This document shows, one piece after another, positions 1 to 7,233 of a stretch of DNA of 64,000 nucleotides. Both the position numbers and the translations under genes were made by a program. Each line of letters starts with the position of its first letter. The first letter of the stretch is position 1. Under the pieces are notes generated by a model. The model ran no database searches. It was not told where the DNA came from and saw nothing but the letters and a program-made list of their open reading frames with translations. The DNA is from Escherichia coli (lineage in GTDB: Bacteria; Pseudomonadota; Gammaproteobacteria; Enterobacterales; Enterobacteriaceae): assembly GCF_048403405.1 (NCBI RefSeq), contig NZ_CP183129.1; one strand, 5' to 3'.

Positions 1-475
1 CCGGAGTTGCTTCTTCAGGCACTACCGGTGCTGGCTCACGTATTACAGGCTCGCCCATGCGTGATTCTCCCTGCGCCTCTTTCACCATGTGGTCATTGAT
101 TTGCTCCAGTCGCCGAACGTGCTCATCAGCTTCAAGCGCTCGCCGTTTCCAGATGGACAGGTCTTCACGAGCGCCCTGATATGCGTCACCGTATTCGCCG
201 TTAAATACTGGCGCTGGCGGGGCGATGCGTCCAAGCAACTTATTTACCTCTTTCGCCATCGCGTCATATTTATCTAAATAGCGATTAGCTTCTAAGCAGA
301 CTCGGTGCATCTGATCTGAGTTAACTCGTTTAACTGGATCTGCTTCCAATGATGCCAGTGCAATCCGTGCCAGTTCTTCCGCTTCTTCTGCTGGCAGTAC
401 AACGTTGCTACCCGGTCCGTATGTTTCGCGCCACTGCTTGATTGTCAGCAGTCGCCCTTTGGTAATAGTGATCAT
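1..475 (-). CDS. Hypothetical phage early protein, partial (runs off window start)
   Basis: Open minus-strand frame from ATG at 475 (MITITKGRLLTIKQW...) with no stop before position 1; absent from ORF track only because it is unterminated. Confidence 0.4.
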   Translation of the reverse strand, partial: MITITKGRLLTIKQWRETYGPGSNVVLPAEEAEELARIALASLEADPVKRVNSDQMHRVCLEANRYLDKYDAMAKEVNKLLGRIAPPAPVFNGEYGDAYQGAREDLSIWKRRALEADEHVRRLEQINDHMVKEAQGESRMGEPVIREPAPVVPEEATP

Positions 476-987
476 GCCGCGTTTCCTTCTTTCTTATTAA
501 CAATCACACCGTCATATATTTCATTAAGGTGCCCTCTCAACTCCATGCGCCTTAATGCAGATAACATGTAATCGCATTCAACCTGCTTATTCCCGGTAAA
601 TGGCTTATCGTCAGGATTACCCCAACAGCAATTACCCCTGGGCCATCCATGTACTTTCCGTACTCTTCCGTTAACAACGTGAAGTAATCCCCAGCCGGGA
701 GGTAAATCCTCAACTGAAATAATTTCCGGCTCACTAATAAAGAATCGCCAGTCGCCCATGCCAAGTGAGGGATTTTTACGGAAACGCTTTTTTCTATCTG
801 CCAACAAGTCAGCACGAGAACACTTCGCCTCTATCAGGCATGATGCTGAATTTCTGAATCCCATAGCATCTGGCTGTTCTCCGGTACTGGTTACAGCAAC
901 AAAGCGGTCATGAAAGCAAACCTTGAACCCGTTGCGCTTAAGGAACTTGTACGCAATCTGACAGAGTTCGTGGTGTGTTAACGCCAT
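472..987 (-). CDS. Hypothetical phage early protein; possible PD-(D/E)xK nuclease-like motif (D..EAK)
   Basis: 171-aa ORF, overlaps neighbours by 4 nt; motif guess is weak. Confidence 0.45.
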   Translation of the reverse strand: MALTHHELCQIAYKFLKRNGFKVCFHDRFVAVTSTGEQPDAMGFRNSASCLIEAKCSRADLLADRKKRFRKNPSLGMGDWRFFISEPEIISVEDLPPGWGLLHVVNGRVRKVHGWPRGNCCWGNPDDKPFTGNKQVECDYMLSALRRMELRGHLNEIYDGVIVNKKEGNAA

Positions 988-988
988 A

Positions 989-1588
989 TCACTCTCCTTT
1001 GATGCGAATGTCAGCGACGCGTAATGCGTGTTCTAGGTCAATCAGGTAAAGCCAACAGCCATTTTCTTTAGGTATCATGACTTGTCGCTCATCTGCATTT
1101 ATCGGGTGTCCATATCGAAGGTCGTAGCGAGTCGGTAATTGAACTTCCCGCGCTTCCAGTTCAGCAATACGCTTGCACCCATCAGAGATAACTCCCTCGT
1201 AATACTCGCGCTGCTCGTTGAGTTTTGATTTTGTCTCCTCAAGCTCAACGCGCAGCTTCCCTACCGTTAGCGCAATATCCTCGTTCTCCTGGTCGCGGCG
1301 TTTGATGTATTGCTGGTTTCTTTCCTGTTCATCCAGCAGTGCCAGCACGGTAGCCGGGTTAGCCTCTGCTATGAATTCAGCGTTTGCATAAGCCTGAGCA
1401 TCTGTTTCAACCAGGCAGTTAACGTGACATTCTGCAATTACGCCACCGGGTTCTCCTTTCCATTTTTGACAAACAAAAACTCCTGTTAAATTGCCGTGTT
1501 GGTTAACAGATGTATGCCCTACGATGTAGCTTCCTTTAGTTGCTTTCTCTGCCTTTTCACGCAGTACCTGATAGTTAATGTTGCTCAC
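989..1588 (-). CDS. Ead/Ea22-like early protein
   Basis: 199-aa ORF with acidic coiled-coil centre; family recalled from lambdoid early-left regions. Confidence 0.5.
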   Translation of the reverse strand: MSNINYQVLREKAEKATKGSYIVGHTSVNQHGNLTGVFVCQKWKGEPGGVIAECHVNCLVETDAQAYANAEFIAEANPATVLALLDEQERNQQYIKRRDQENEDIALTVGKLRVELEETKSKLNEQREYYEGVISDGCKRIAELEAREVQLPTRYDLRYGHPINADERQVMIPKENGCWLYLIDLEHALRVADIRIKGE

Positions 1589-1824
1589 TGGTTGCCTCCT
1601 TTACGGATCTGCGCTGCGATGCACGAAAAAAAAGACTTTCGCGTATGACTGTTAAGAGCTGGCGCGAACGCCGCGTTAAGAACGGCGGCATCACAGCCGT
1701 CATCGATATAGAGCGCAATTTTTTTCTCCAGGCGTGCTTTGGCTTCCTGCAACTGCATATCCCGGCACGCACGCGGGATATACTCAGCAATTTGAGCGAT
1801 AGATTTTTCGTTCTGTTTAAACAT
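1585..1824 (-). CDS. Hypothetical small early protein
   Basis: 79-aa ORF, start overlaps next gene stop, same operon strand. Confidence 0.4.
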   Translation of the reverse strand: MFKQNEKSIAQIAEYIPRACRDMQLQEAKARLEKKIALYIDDGCDAAVLNAAFAPALNSHTRKSFFSCIAAQIRKGGNQ

Positions 1825-2020
1825 GCTTCACCTCGATAGGCTTGATGGTATCGATCAGCAGTCGGCGGCGAGTATTTTCTGCAAAGTGGCGGCGTCCGGT
1901 TTCTTTGTGGTAAAACTCGTTTTTTCCGACGACCCACATCCGCTTTGTCTGGTGCAGTTTTTTTACCTGCGGACCGTCTCGGGTGATAACAATTCCTGTA
2001 TGAGTTTTTATCACGCTCAT
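1817..2020 (-). CDS. Hypothetical small early protein
   Basis: 67-aa ORF in ATGA-coupled chain. Confidence 0.4.
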   Translation of the reverse strand: MSVIKTHTGIVITRDGPQVKKLHQTKRMWVVGKNEFYHKETGRRHFAENTRRRLLIDTIKPIEVKHV

Positions 2021-2379
2021 TTTTTATTCTTCGGTGCTTTCGGCATTACTGCCCAGTGAGTGATATTGACGTTTTCAAGGTCCCCGACCTGAAATGTCCA
2101 CAGCCATTCTCCGGTTTCTTTTTGTCCCCAGGTGTACCAGAGAGAACGCCAGCCAATTAGCCAGCCTTCTCCGTTAGCATCAAATAACAGAACACTTTCA
2201 TTTGCTGGCGGCAGTTCAGCTGACACTGGTATTATTTTGTTTTCCAGTGCCGCACATTTAGCTTCAAGCGCATCGAATTTACGTACCAGGTACTCAGCAT
2301 TTGTTTCATTCACTTTCAGATCTCGTGGTACACATTTCCCGCGAAGAAACCCTTCCATTTCGAAAACATTCATGCGCAT
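2017..2379 (-). CDS. Hypothetical early protein (Trp-rich C-terminus, DUF551-like guess)
   Basis: 120-aa ORF; W-rich C-terminal segment. Confidence 0.4.
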   Translation of the reverse strand: MRMNVFEMEGFLRGKCVPRDLKVNETNAEYLVRKFDALEAKCAALENKIIPVSAELPPANESVLLFDANGEGWLIGWRSLWYTWGQKETGEWLWTFQVGDLENVNITHWAVMPKAPKNKK

Positions 2380-2975
2380 TTGCGTAACTCCGATAACTCG
2401 TTAAAACGTTCCATAAACATCCCGTAGGCATGGCCTGGCGACAGTGGAATCACTTTGAACATCTCTGTTGCCGGGATACCTTCCAGTACAGGCCAGAAAG
2501 AGCTATCATCAAGCCCGAGATCGCGGCGTTCGGTTGCCAGCATGATGAGATCGGCATATTTCACGGGCGTGCTCATAACCGGGGGTAACCCGTATTTCTC
2601 ACGGATTACGGCGTCTATTTTTTCTTCCATCCGTTTATAGTCAGGAAGAAGGCGTTTCAGTGGAGCGGGAATATCCTGGCAATACGCTTCTGTTGCATCA
2701 TGCATTAACGCTTCAAAAGCAAATTCCTGCGGCACCAGCTGGCTGCAAAGCACCGCATGTTGGGCGACACTGTAGAAGTGAGAAAGATGATCGGCAAAGC
2801 GGCAGATATTTGAAAGGGAAACCGCGATATCGTTAATCACGATGTCGTCTTTATTTATCCTGTCATAATAAAAATGCTTCCCGGAAAAAGTTTTAATAAA
2901 TGACATTTTGTTCTCCACGTTATATGCGCTGCACCGCTCTGAATTTTGATTGCAGCAATCCAGCCCATTTGACAT
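2370..2975 (-). CDS. HD-domain phosphohydrolase (YfdR/YfbR-like 5'-deoxynucleotidase family)
   Basis: 201 aa with H...HD...D metal-binding motifs (FADHLSH, LMHDATEAY). Confidence 0.6.
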   Translation of the reverse strand: MSNGLDCCNQNSERCSAYNVENKMSFIKTFSGKHFYYDRINKDDIVINDIAVSLSNICRFADHLSHFYSVAQHAVLCSQLVPQEFAFEALMHDATEAYCQDIPAPLKRLLPDYKRMEEKIDAVIREKYGLPPVMSTPVKYADLIMLATERRDLGLDDSSFWPVLEGIPATEMFKVIPLSPGHAYGMFMERFNELSELRKCA

Positions 2976-2996
2976 GGGATGATTGCTGCAATTTTT

Positions 2997-3914
2997 TTAA
3001 GTTGTTGGATTTTGGCTTTTATCTTCTTTGTAAGAAAGAAGGTCACACATCAAATTAACTACCTTGCTGAATTGGAAAAGGTCAGCGCCAGTCTGATGAC
3101 GCCACTGGAATGCTTTATCATCTTCATCATTAAATGTCTGAGATTGAGTATTGATGCGCGAAAAATGGAAATTTTCGGTAAGAATGAAGGTCACACCGCA
3201 ACCGGATAACTCCATTTTATCAGCAGTGAAACTACTACTAAGGCTATCGGCCAGTTCGCTTTGAATTGACTCATGCTCAGCTGAGTAGCGAATAATTTCC
3301 TTTTGATCTGCGTAGCGTGATAGCTGAATATAATTTCCGACAGTGAATCCTTCAAATGCATTGGCTGCACCATTGATGTAGTTATTCAGGCGTGTAGTCA
3401 GTCCATTCTTGATATCACTGATGTTGATTGTTTCTGTTTTCACTGAACCGACAACCTTAATCAGCATTGCGCATACCATACCGGCTATTATTTTATTGGT
3501 TGTGTTGATTACCAATAATTTCTCATCAGTGCTGTACAATGCAAGAATCAGCGTAGACTTAACAAATGCCTGTTTGCATAGATCTACTCGTACGTTATCA
3601 ATAATGGCCAGTCGTTCGGCACGCTTTAATTTATTCCCGGACATATTTTCGATTGTTTGGATTCGAGAATTAGCTTCTTTCATGACGACATGTCGGGGAA
3701 TTATTTTCTGATCATGACGGATTACCATTGCGTACCCACCAGATATCGGAGTTACCAGTTCACCAGTGACAGGATTCTCTACAAAAGAGGACCGTGAAAA
3801 TTCTGTTTCCCCGATTTCAGAATAAGGGAGTTCGAGAAGATGACCTTCAATAGCCTGTATACTAGGTAATGTTGCTCGGTACACAATTGCGTTACGAAAT
3901 TTTGGTAATTTCAT
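2997..3914 (-). CDS. RdgC-like recombination-associated protein
   Basis: 305 aa from ATG at 3914 (MKLPKFRNAIVYRA..) with GAGGA RBS; N-terminus resembles RdgC; AT-rich gene; track N-terminal extension to 4064 uses TTG and is rejected. Confidence 0.5.
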   Translation of the reverse strand: MKLPKFRNAIVYRATLPSIQAIEGHLLELPYSEIGETEFSRSSFVENPVTGELVTPISGGYAMVIRHDQKIIPRHVVMKEANSRIQTIENMSGNKLKRAERLAIIDNVRVDLCKQAFVKSTLILALYSTDEKLLVINTTNKIIAGMVCAMLIKVVGSVKTETINISDIKNGLTTRLNNYINGAANAFEGFTVGNYIQLSRYADQKEIIRYSAEHESIQSELADSLSSSFTADKMELSGCGVTFILTENFHFSRINTQSQTFNDEDDKAFQWRHQTGADLFQFSKVVNLMCDLLSYKEDKSQNPTT

Positions 3915-4035
3915 TCTATTTTCCTCTGCACAATGTATTAGTTTCTCCACAAAACAGAGAAGAACACCTGCGGTGGCAGCCGCCCGGATGGATTGGGTTA
4001 TGAGCCCGTCGTCCGGTGATGCTCTTCTCTGTTTT

Positions 4036-4082
4036 GTAAAAAGAGCGGTACCAGCCGGAAGCAAGTGTACAAACTGGTACCG
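4036..4082 (-). terminator. Hairpin plus U-tract in early-left leader (tL-like)
   Basis: 9-bp inverted repeat cggtaccag/ctggtaccg (4046-4054, 4074-4082) followed on minus strand by cucuuuuuac; loop is long (19 nt). Confidence 0.35.
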
Positions 4083-4371
4083 CCAAAGCAGTGGCTGTTG
4101 TGGTGACCGGTGCTGATCTCCGGCTTGCGGTTATTTCAGACTCTCACGGGCGTTTAATTGCCCCGCCGAACAGCTCTTTTCCGCAATAGCTGCAATGTCT
4201 TTCGCGCATCAGCCTGCGCATTCACCACAACGCTAAGGATTCTCTCTGGTTGAAAATACTTAGCTGTTATGTGCCTGCTTTTAGCCACATCAGGCGAGGT
4301 GGACCTGGTTATTCCCCAACAACAAGGATTTGGTTATTATGTAACCCTCCCCAACAACGATAAGGATTTAT

Positions 4372-4461
4372 ATGGATCTATGTGTAGATAAGTATGAGGA
4401 GAGGCATGTGCCGTTAAGACAAAAGCCTCCAGTTCCTCCAAAACCACCCAAGGAAAACTGA
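4372..4461 (+). CDS. Micro-ORF P1, 29 aa proline-rich peptide MDLCVDKYEERHVPLRQKPPVPPKPPKEN
   Basis: ATG with AAGGA 5 nt upstream; stop 7 nt before the 164-aa gene start; shares motif with P2 and P3. Confidence 0.4.
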   Translation: MDLCVDKYEERHVPLRQKPPVPPKPPKEN

Positions 4462-4468
4462 GACTAAT

Positions 4469-4963
4469 ATGACCAGAGACGATTATAAATTTTATGTTCA
4501 CTACTCTTATGTATTGGAGAAGATGAATTACACGTTGTTAACTCGCATTGATAAATTAATAACGTTGATGTTAATCGTTCTCGGTTTTTCAGTTTTCGCC
4601 CCGTACAGTAATTTATTTATTTTCGGTTTGTTTGTTGCCGTACTTTCGGTTCTTCAGTTGGTCTATCAGTTTGGCCAAGAGGCTGGAATGTCTAAAGAGC
4701 AAGCGAGGCATTACAAAAGACTGCTGATTGAGTCTGATACCCTTCCTGAAGATCAGTTGCAAGCTAGGTATTTAAAAATCCAAGATACTGATAGTAATCC
4801 ATGGAAATCACTTGAACGAGCGGCTTTCATTCGGGCCTGTATTTTTGCTGGTGTTCCAACTAAGTACGATTTAACAACCAAAGAAAAATTTATAGCTTGG
4901 TGTGCGGGAGATCTACCTCTAGAGAATGAACTAACGGATATTAATGATGACCAACAAGCATAA
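4469..4963 (+). CDS. Two-TM membrane protein at rex/sieB-equivalent position (candidate superinfection exclusion or abortive-infection effector)
   Basis: 164 aa; two hydrophobic helices (aa ~30-46, 49-68) then charged soluble domain; rightward, opposite to early-left operon, convergent with cI. Confidence 0.6.
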   Translation: MTRDDYKFYVHYSYVLEKMNYTLLTRIDKLITLMLIVLGFSVFAPYSNLFIFGLFVAVLSVLQLVYQFGQEAGMSKEQARHYKRLLIESDTLPEDQLQARYLKIQDTDSNPWKSLERAAFIRACIFAGVPTKYDLTTKEKFIAWCAGDLPLENELTDINDDQQA

Positions 4964-5018
4964 TCCAGTTCACGGACATGTACCTCCGAAGCCGAAACCA
5001 CCGAAACCGAAGAAATGA
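4944..5018 (+). CDS. Micro-ORF P2, 24 aa proline/lysine-rich peptide MMTNKHNPVHGHVPPKPKPPKPKK
   Basis: Tandem ATGs overlap the last codons of the 164-aa gene in +1 frame (coupling geometry); weak SD. Confidence 0.35.
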   Translation: MMTNKHNPVHGHVPPKPKPPKPKK

Positions 5019-5037
5019 GACATAATAGGATTGGATA

Positions 5038-5106
5038 ATGAGTCGACCAATAGAGCCTTTTCATATTCCACCTCGTCCCAGGCCACCAGATCCAGGCCCA
5101 AAGTGA
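5038..5106 (+). CDS. Micro-ORF P3, 22 aa proline/arginine-rich peptide MSRPIEPFHIPPRPRPPDPGPK
   Basis: ATG with AGGA 7 nt upstream; 20 nt after P2 stop; PRPRPP core. Confidence 0.4.
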   Translation: MSRPIEPFHIPPRPRPPDPGPK

Positions 5107-5129
5107 GGGTTACTGATTTTTAAAGAGCG

Positions 5130-5156
5130 AAGCGTCCGGTAGGGCGCTTTTTTGGT
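5130..5156 (+). terminator. Intrinsic terminator ending the P1/membrane/P2/P3 operon
   Basis: 8-bp stem aagcgtcc/gggcgctt (one G-U), loop ggta, then tttttt. Confidence 0.6.
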
Positions 5157-5268
5157 ACTAACGAATCATCCTGGACTTCATATGCCCCAGGCGGCTACTT
5201 CGTGGGCGTCCTGCCTGTTCGTTATCTTTGATATAAAATCTAACTTAACTTAGTTTTAATGGCAAGAG

Positions 5269-5300
5269 AAAACACCAAACTTTTCTTAGTTCGGTGTTTT
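5269..5300. terminator. Hairpin between convergent cI and rightward operon (possible bidirectional terminator)
   Basis: aaaacaccaaac / gttcggtgtttt arms with 8-nt loop, 20 nt from cI stop. Confidence 0.35.
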
Positions 5301-5319
5301 GGTTAGAGAAAAGGGGGGG

Positions 5320-5946
5320 CTAGAGTTCGTATTGAACTCCTTTGACTACACCAATGATGAGGCAATTACCATTGATCGGGATGTTGGGGTACCGGGGATT
5401 TAATGGCACTAAAAACTTTTGAGGGCCATCGATAACTAATTTTTTTACTGTGGCTTCGTTTGTTCCATCAAGTCTAGCGATGACTATTTTTCCATGCCGG
5501 GGTTCTGCATCAGGATCTACAATCACTGTTGCGCCTTCTGGTATTGTTGGGAGGCCGTTAGGGTTAGTCATGGAGTCGCCTTTAACCTCCAATGCAAATG
5601 AGTTATCACCAATCTTTAATGATGTATCTACCCACTTGTCTACTTCACTAAACACTTCTGCTGTCCTGCACTCAGTAAACTGCCCAGCCTGAACCCACGA
5701 GATTACAGGAACTCTGCGCATGTTTGTGACGAGTTTGCCTTCAAACTCCGCACCATAAAGAATGTAATCTATTGACGTATTGAAGAACTTCGCTAATTTT
5801 GAAAGTGCTTCCCCACCAGGGACATTGATGTCTTTCTCCCAGTACCCCACAGCAACGTCACTTACTCCACAAAATTTACCCAATTCTTTCTGGGACGTTC
5901 TGGTAACTCTTCTCAGAGCTTTTATACGCTGACCAACCGTTTCCAT
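5320..5946 (-). CDS. cI: CI-type prophage repressor (HTH_XRE plus S24 LexA-like peptidase)
   Basis: 208 aa; N-terminal HTH, C-terminal GDSM serine and downstream Lys typical of S24 autocleaving repressors. Confidence 0.85.
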   Translation of the reverse strand: METVGQRIKALRRVTRTSQKELGKFCGVSDVAVGYWEKDINVPGGEALSKLAKFFNTSIDYILYGAEFEGKLVTNMRRVPVISWVQAGQFTECRTAEVFSEVDKWVDTSLKIGDNSFALEVKGDSMTNPNGLPTIPEGATVIVDPDAEPRHGKIVIARLDGTNEATVKKLVIDGPQKFLVPLNPRYPNIPINGNCLIIGVVKGVQYEL

Positions 5947-6043
5947 AGGAGCACCATTTCTTTAATTACTAAGTAATCTTAGTTTTTATTGACCTAAGAT
6001 AGATTGATAATTAACATCTAATAAAACTTAGTTTGGAGGGCAT
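5947..6043. promoter_or_regulatory. cI-cro divergent control region: predicted pR (TTGACC 5989-5994, 17-nt spacer, TAACAT 6012-6017) and operator palindrome ACTAAG-n4-CTTAGT (5968-5983)
   Basis: Read directly; heptamer ACTAAGT recurs at 6026-6032 (reverse) and near 5245 and 4258. Confidence 0.5.
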
Positions 6044-6244
6044 ATGACGACTGACGATATCGAAAGCTACTTCGGCAGCATTGAGAAAGTTGCTGCTTTT
6101 TTCGGCATAACAACTGAAGCCGTTTATCAGTGGCGAAACCGTCCTGGCCAGTTAATTCCAAAAGGACGTGCAGCAGAGGCTGCATATAGAACTTGCGGAC
6201 GGTTGCCATTTAAACCTGAGCTTTATGAAAAATCTAATGGATAA
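6044..6244 (+). CDS. cro: Cro/YdaS-like HTH regulator
   Basis: 66 aa, GGAGGG RBS, divergent from cI. Confidence 0.7.
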   Translation: MTTDDIESYFGSIEKVAAFFGITTEAVYQWRNRPGQLIPKGRAAEAAYRTCGRLPFKPELYEKSNG

Positions 6245-6866
6245 ATCGATTTACAGAAACCACAGATATGAGGGCTTAAACGTGGGTAAAGAACCTGAAT
6301 GGAAAGTTGATAAGCAACCAGCATGGCTGGTGGCAGCAATACGAAGAACGATTGCTGATTTACCTCATGGCTATGAGGAAGCAGCAGAAATTCTTGGTTT
6401 GTATAAATCTGATGATATCACCCCAGCAAAAGATCAATTGCATAACAGACTGCGTAGCGGTGGGGATCAAATTTTTCCACTTGAGTGGGCCATGGTTTTA
6501 CAGGATGCCAGTGGTACCAGGCATGTAACGGATGCAATAGCCCGTCGTAGTAATGGGGTGTTTGTGCCGCTGGTGGTCATTGATGACATTGACAATGGTG
6601 ACATTAATCAGCGGCTGATGGAGTCAATAGAATGGATTGGCAAGCATTCCCAGTACTTACGCAAGGCAACTGCTGATGGAGTTATTGACCAGGCTGAGCG
6701 TGAGCAAATCGAAGAGAACAGCTACCAAGTAATGGCGAAGTGGCAGGAGCATTTAACACTGTTATTTCGTGTTTTTTGTGCGCCGGAAAAGAGTAACGCC
6801 CGCGAGTGTGCAGCTCCGGGCGTCGTGGCGTCGATTGCTTCTGGTTGTGGAGAAACTAACGCATGA
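6225..6866 (+). CDS. Regulatory protein downstream of cro (CII-like or YdaT-like; family uncertain)
   Basis: In-frame ATG at 6225 overlapping cro stop; 213 aa. Confidence 0.4.
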   Translation: MKNLMDKSIYRNHRYEGLNVGKEPEWKVDKQPAWLVAAIRRTIADLPHGYEEAAEILGLYKSDDITPAKDQLHNRLRSGGDQIFPLEWAMVLQDASGTRHVTDAIARRSNGVFVPLVVIDDIDNGDINQRLMESIEWIGKHSQYLRKATADGVIDQAEREQIEENSYQVMAKWQEHLTLLFRVFCAPEKSNARECAAPGVVASIASGCGETNA

Positions 6867-7201
6867 ACAGTTTAACAACACACTACCGTCGCTCGCAACT
6901 GATTGCGCTTCCTGTACCGGGTGGAAAAGCGAAGGTGGAGTATTGCTATGCAGTGAATGTACCAGGTGACAGGGAAATTGTAACCCACAGCTTTGCAGAG
7001 TGGGCTGTGGGTGATTTCAACCGGCAGAAGGAGACAGTCCTTTGCGACAAGTTAACCGCTGGTTCAAAGATCACCACGGAGTGCCCGTCAGAGTCATTCG
7101 TTGGGAGCCGGAAACACAACGGGTTATCTACCTCCGTGAAGGCTATGAACATGAATGCTTCAGCCCACTTGAGCATTTCAGGCAAAAGTTCAGGGAGATA
7201 A
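6863..7201 (+). CDS. Hypothetical protein (ATGA-coupled start; 3' half low quality)
   Basis: 112-aa ORF; start overlaps preceding stop; second half Ser-rich and overlapped by a better-looking frame. Confidence 0.25.
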   Translation: MNSLTTHYRRSQLIALPVPGGKAKVEYCYAVNVPGDREIVTHSFAEWAVGDFNRQKETVLCDKLTAGSKITTECPSESFVGSRKHNGLSTSVKAMNMNASAHLSISGKSSGR

Positions 7202-7233
7202 GGGACGATCATGAGCAAACCAGTAATGATTGA
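7042..7233 (+). CDS. Hypothetical small protein (TTG start with AAGGAG SD)
   Basis: 63 aa; AAGGAG at 7028-7033, 8 nt before TTG; charged Trp-containing composition. Confidence 0.3.
   Translation: MRQVNRWFKDHHGVPVRVIRWEPETQRVIYLREGYEHECFSPLEHFRQKFREIRDDHEQTSND

Noticed and set aside
89-277. 62-aa plus-strand ORF at window start
   Set aside because: Lies antisense inside the unterminated minus-strand early gene (1-475); no RBS
2997-4064. N-terminal extension of the RdgC-like ORF (track start at 4064)
   Set aside because: Extension starts with TTG, spans the leader hairpin and has no RBS; ATG at 3914 with GAGGA RBS is the credible start
4753-5064. 103-aa minus-strand ORF antisense to the membrane protein, P2 and P3
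   Set aside because: Low-complexity Ser/Val-rich translation of the reverse complement of proline codons; the plus strand has TM helices and terminator. Considered and rejected as an N-like antiterminator
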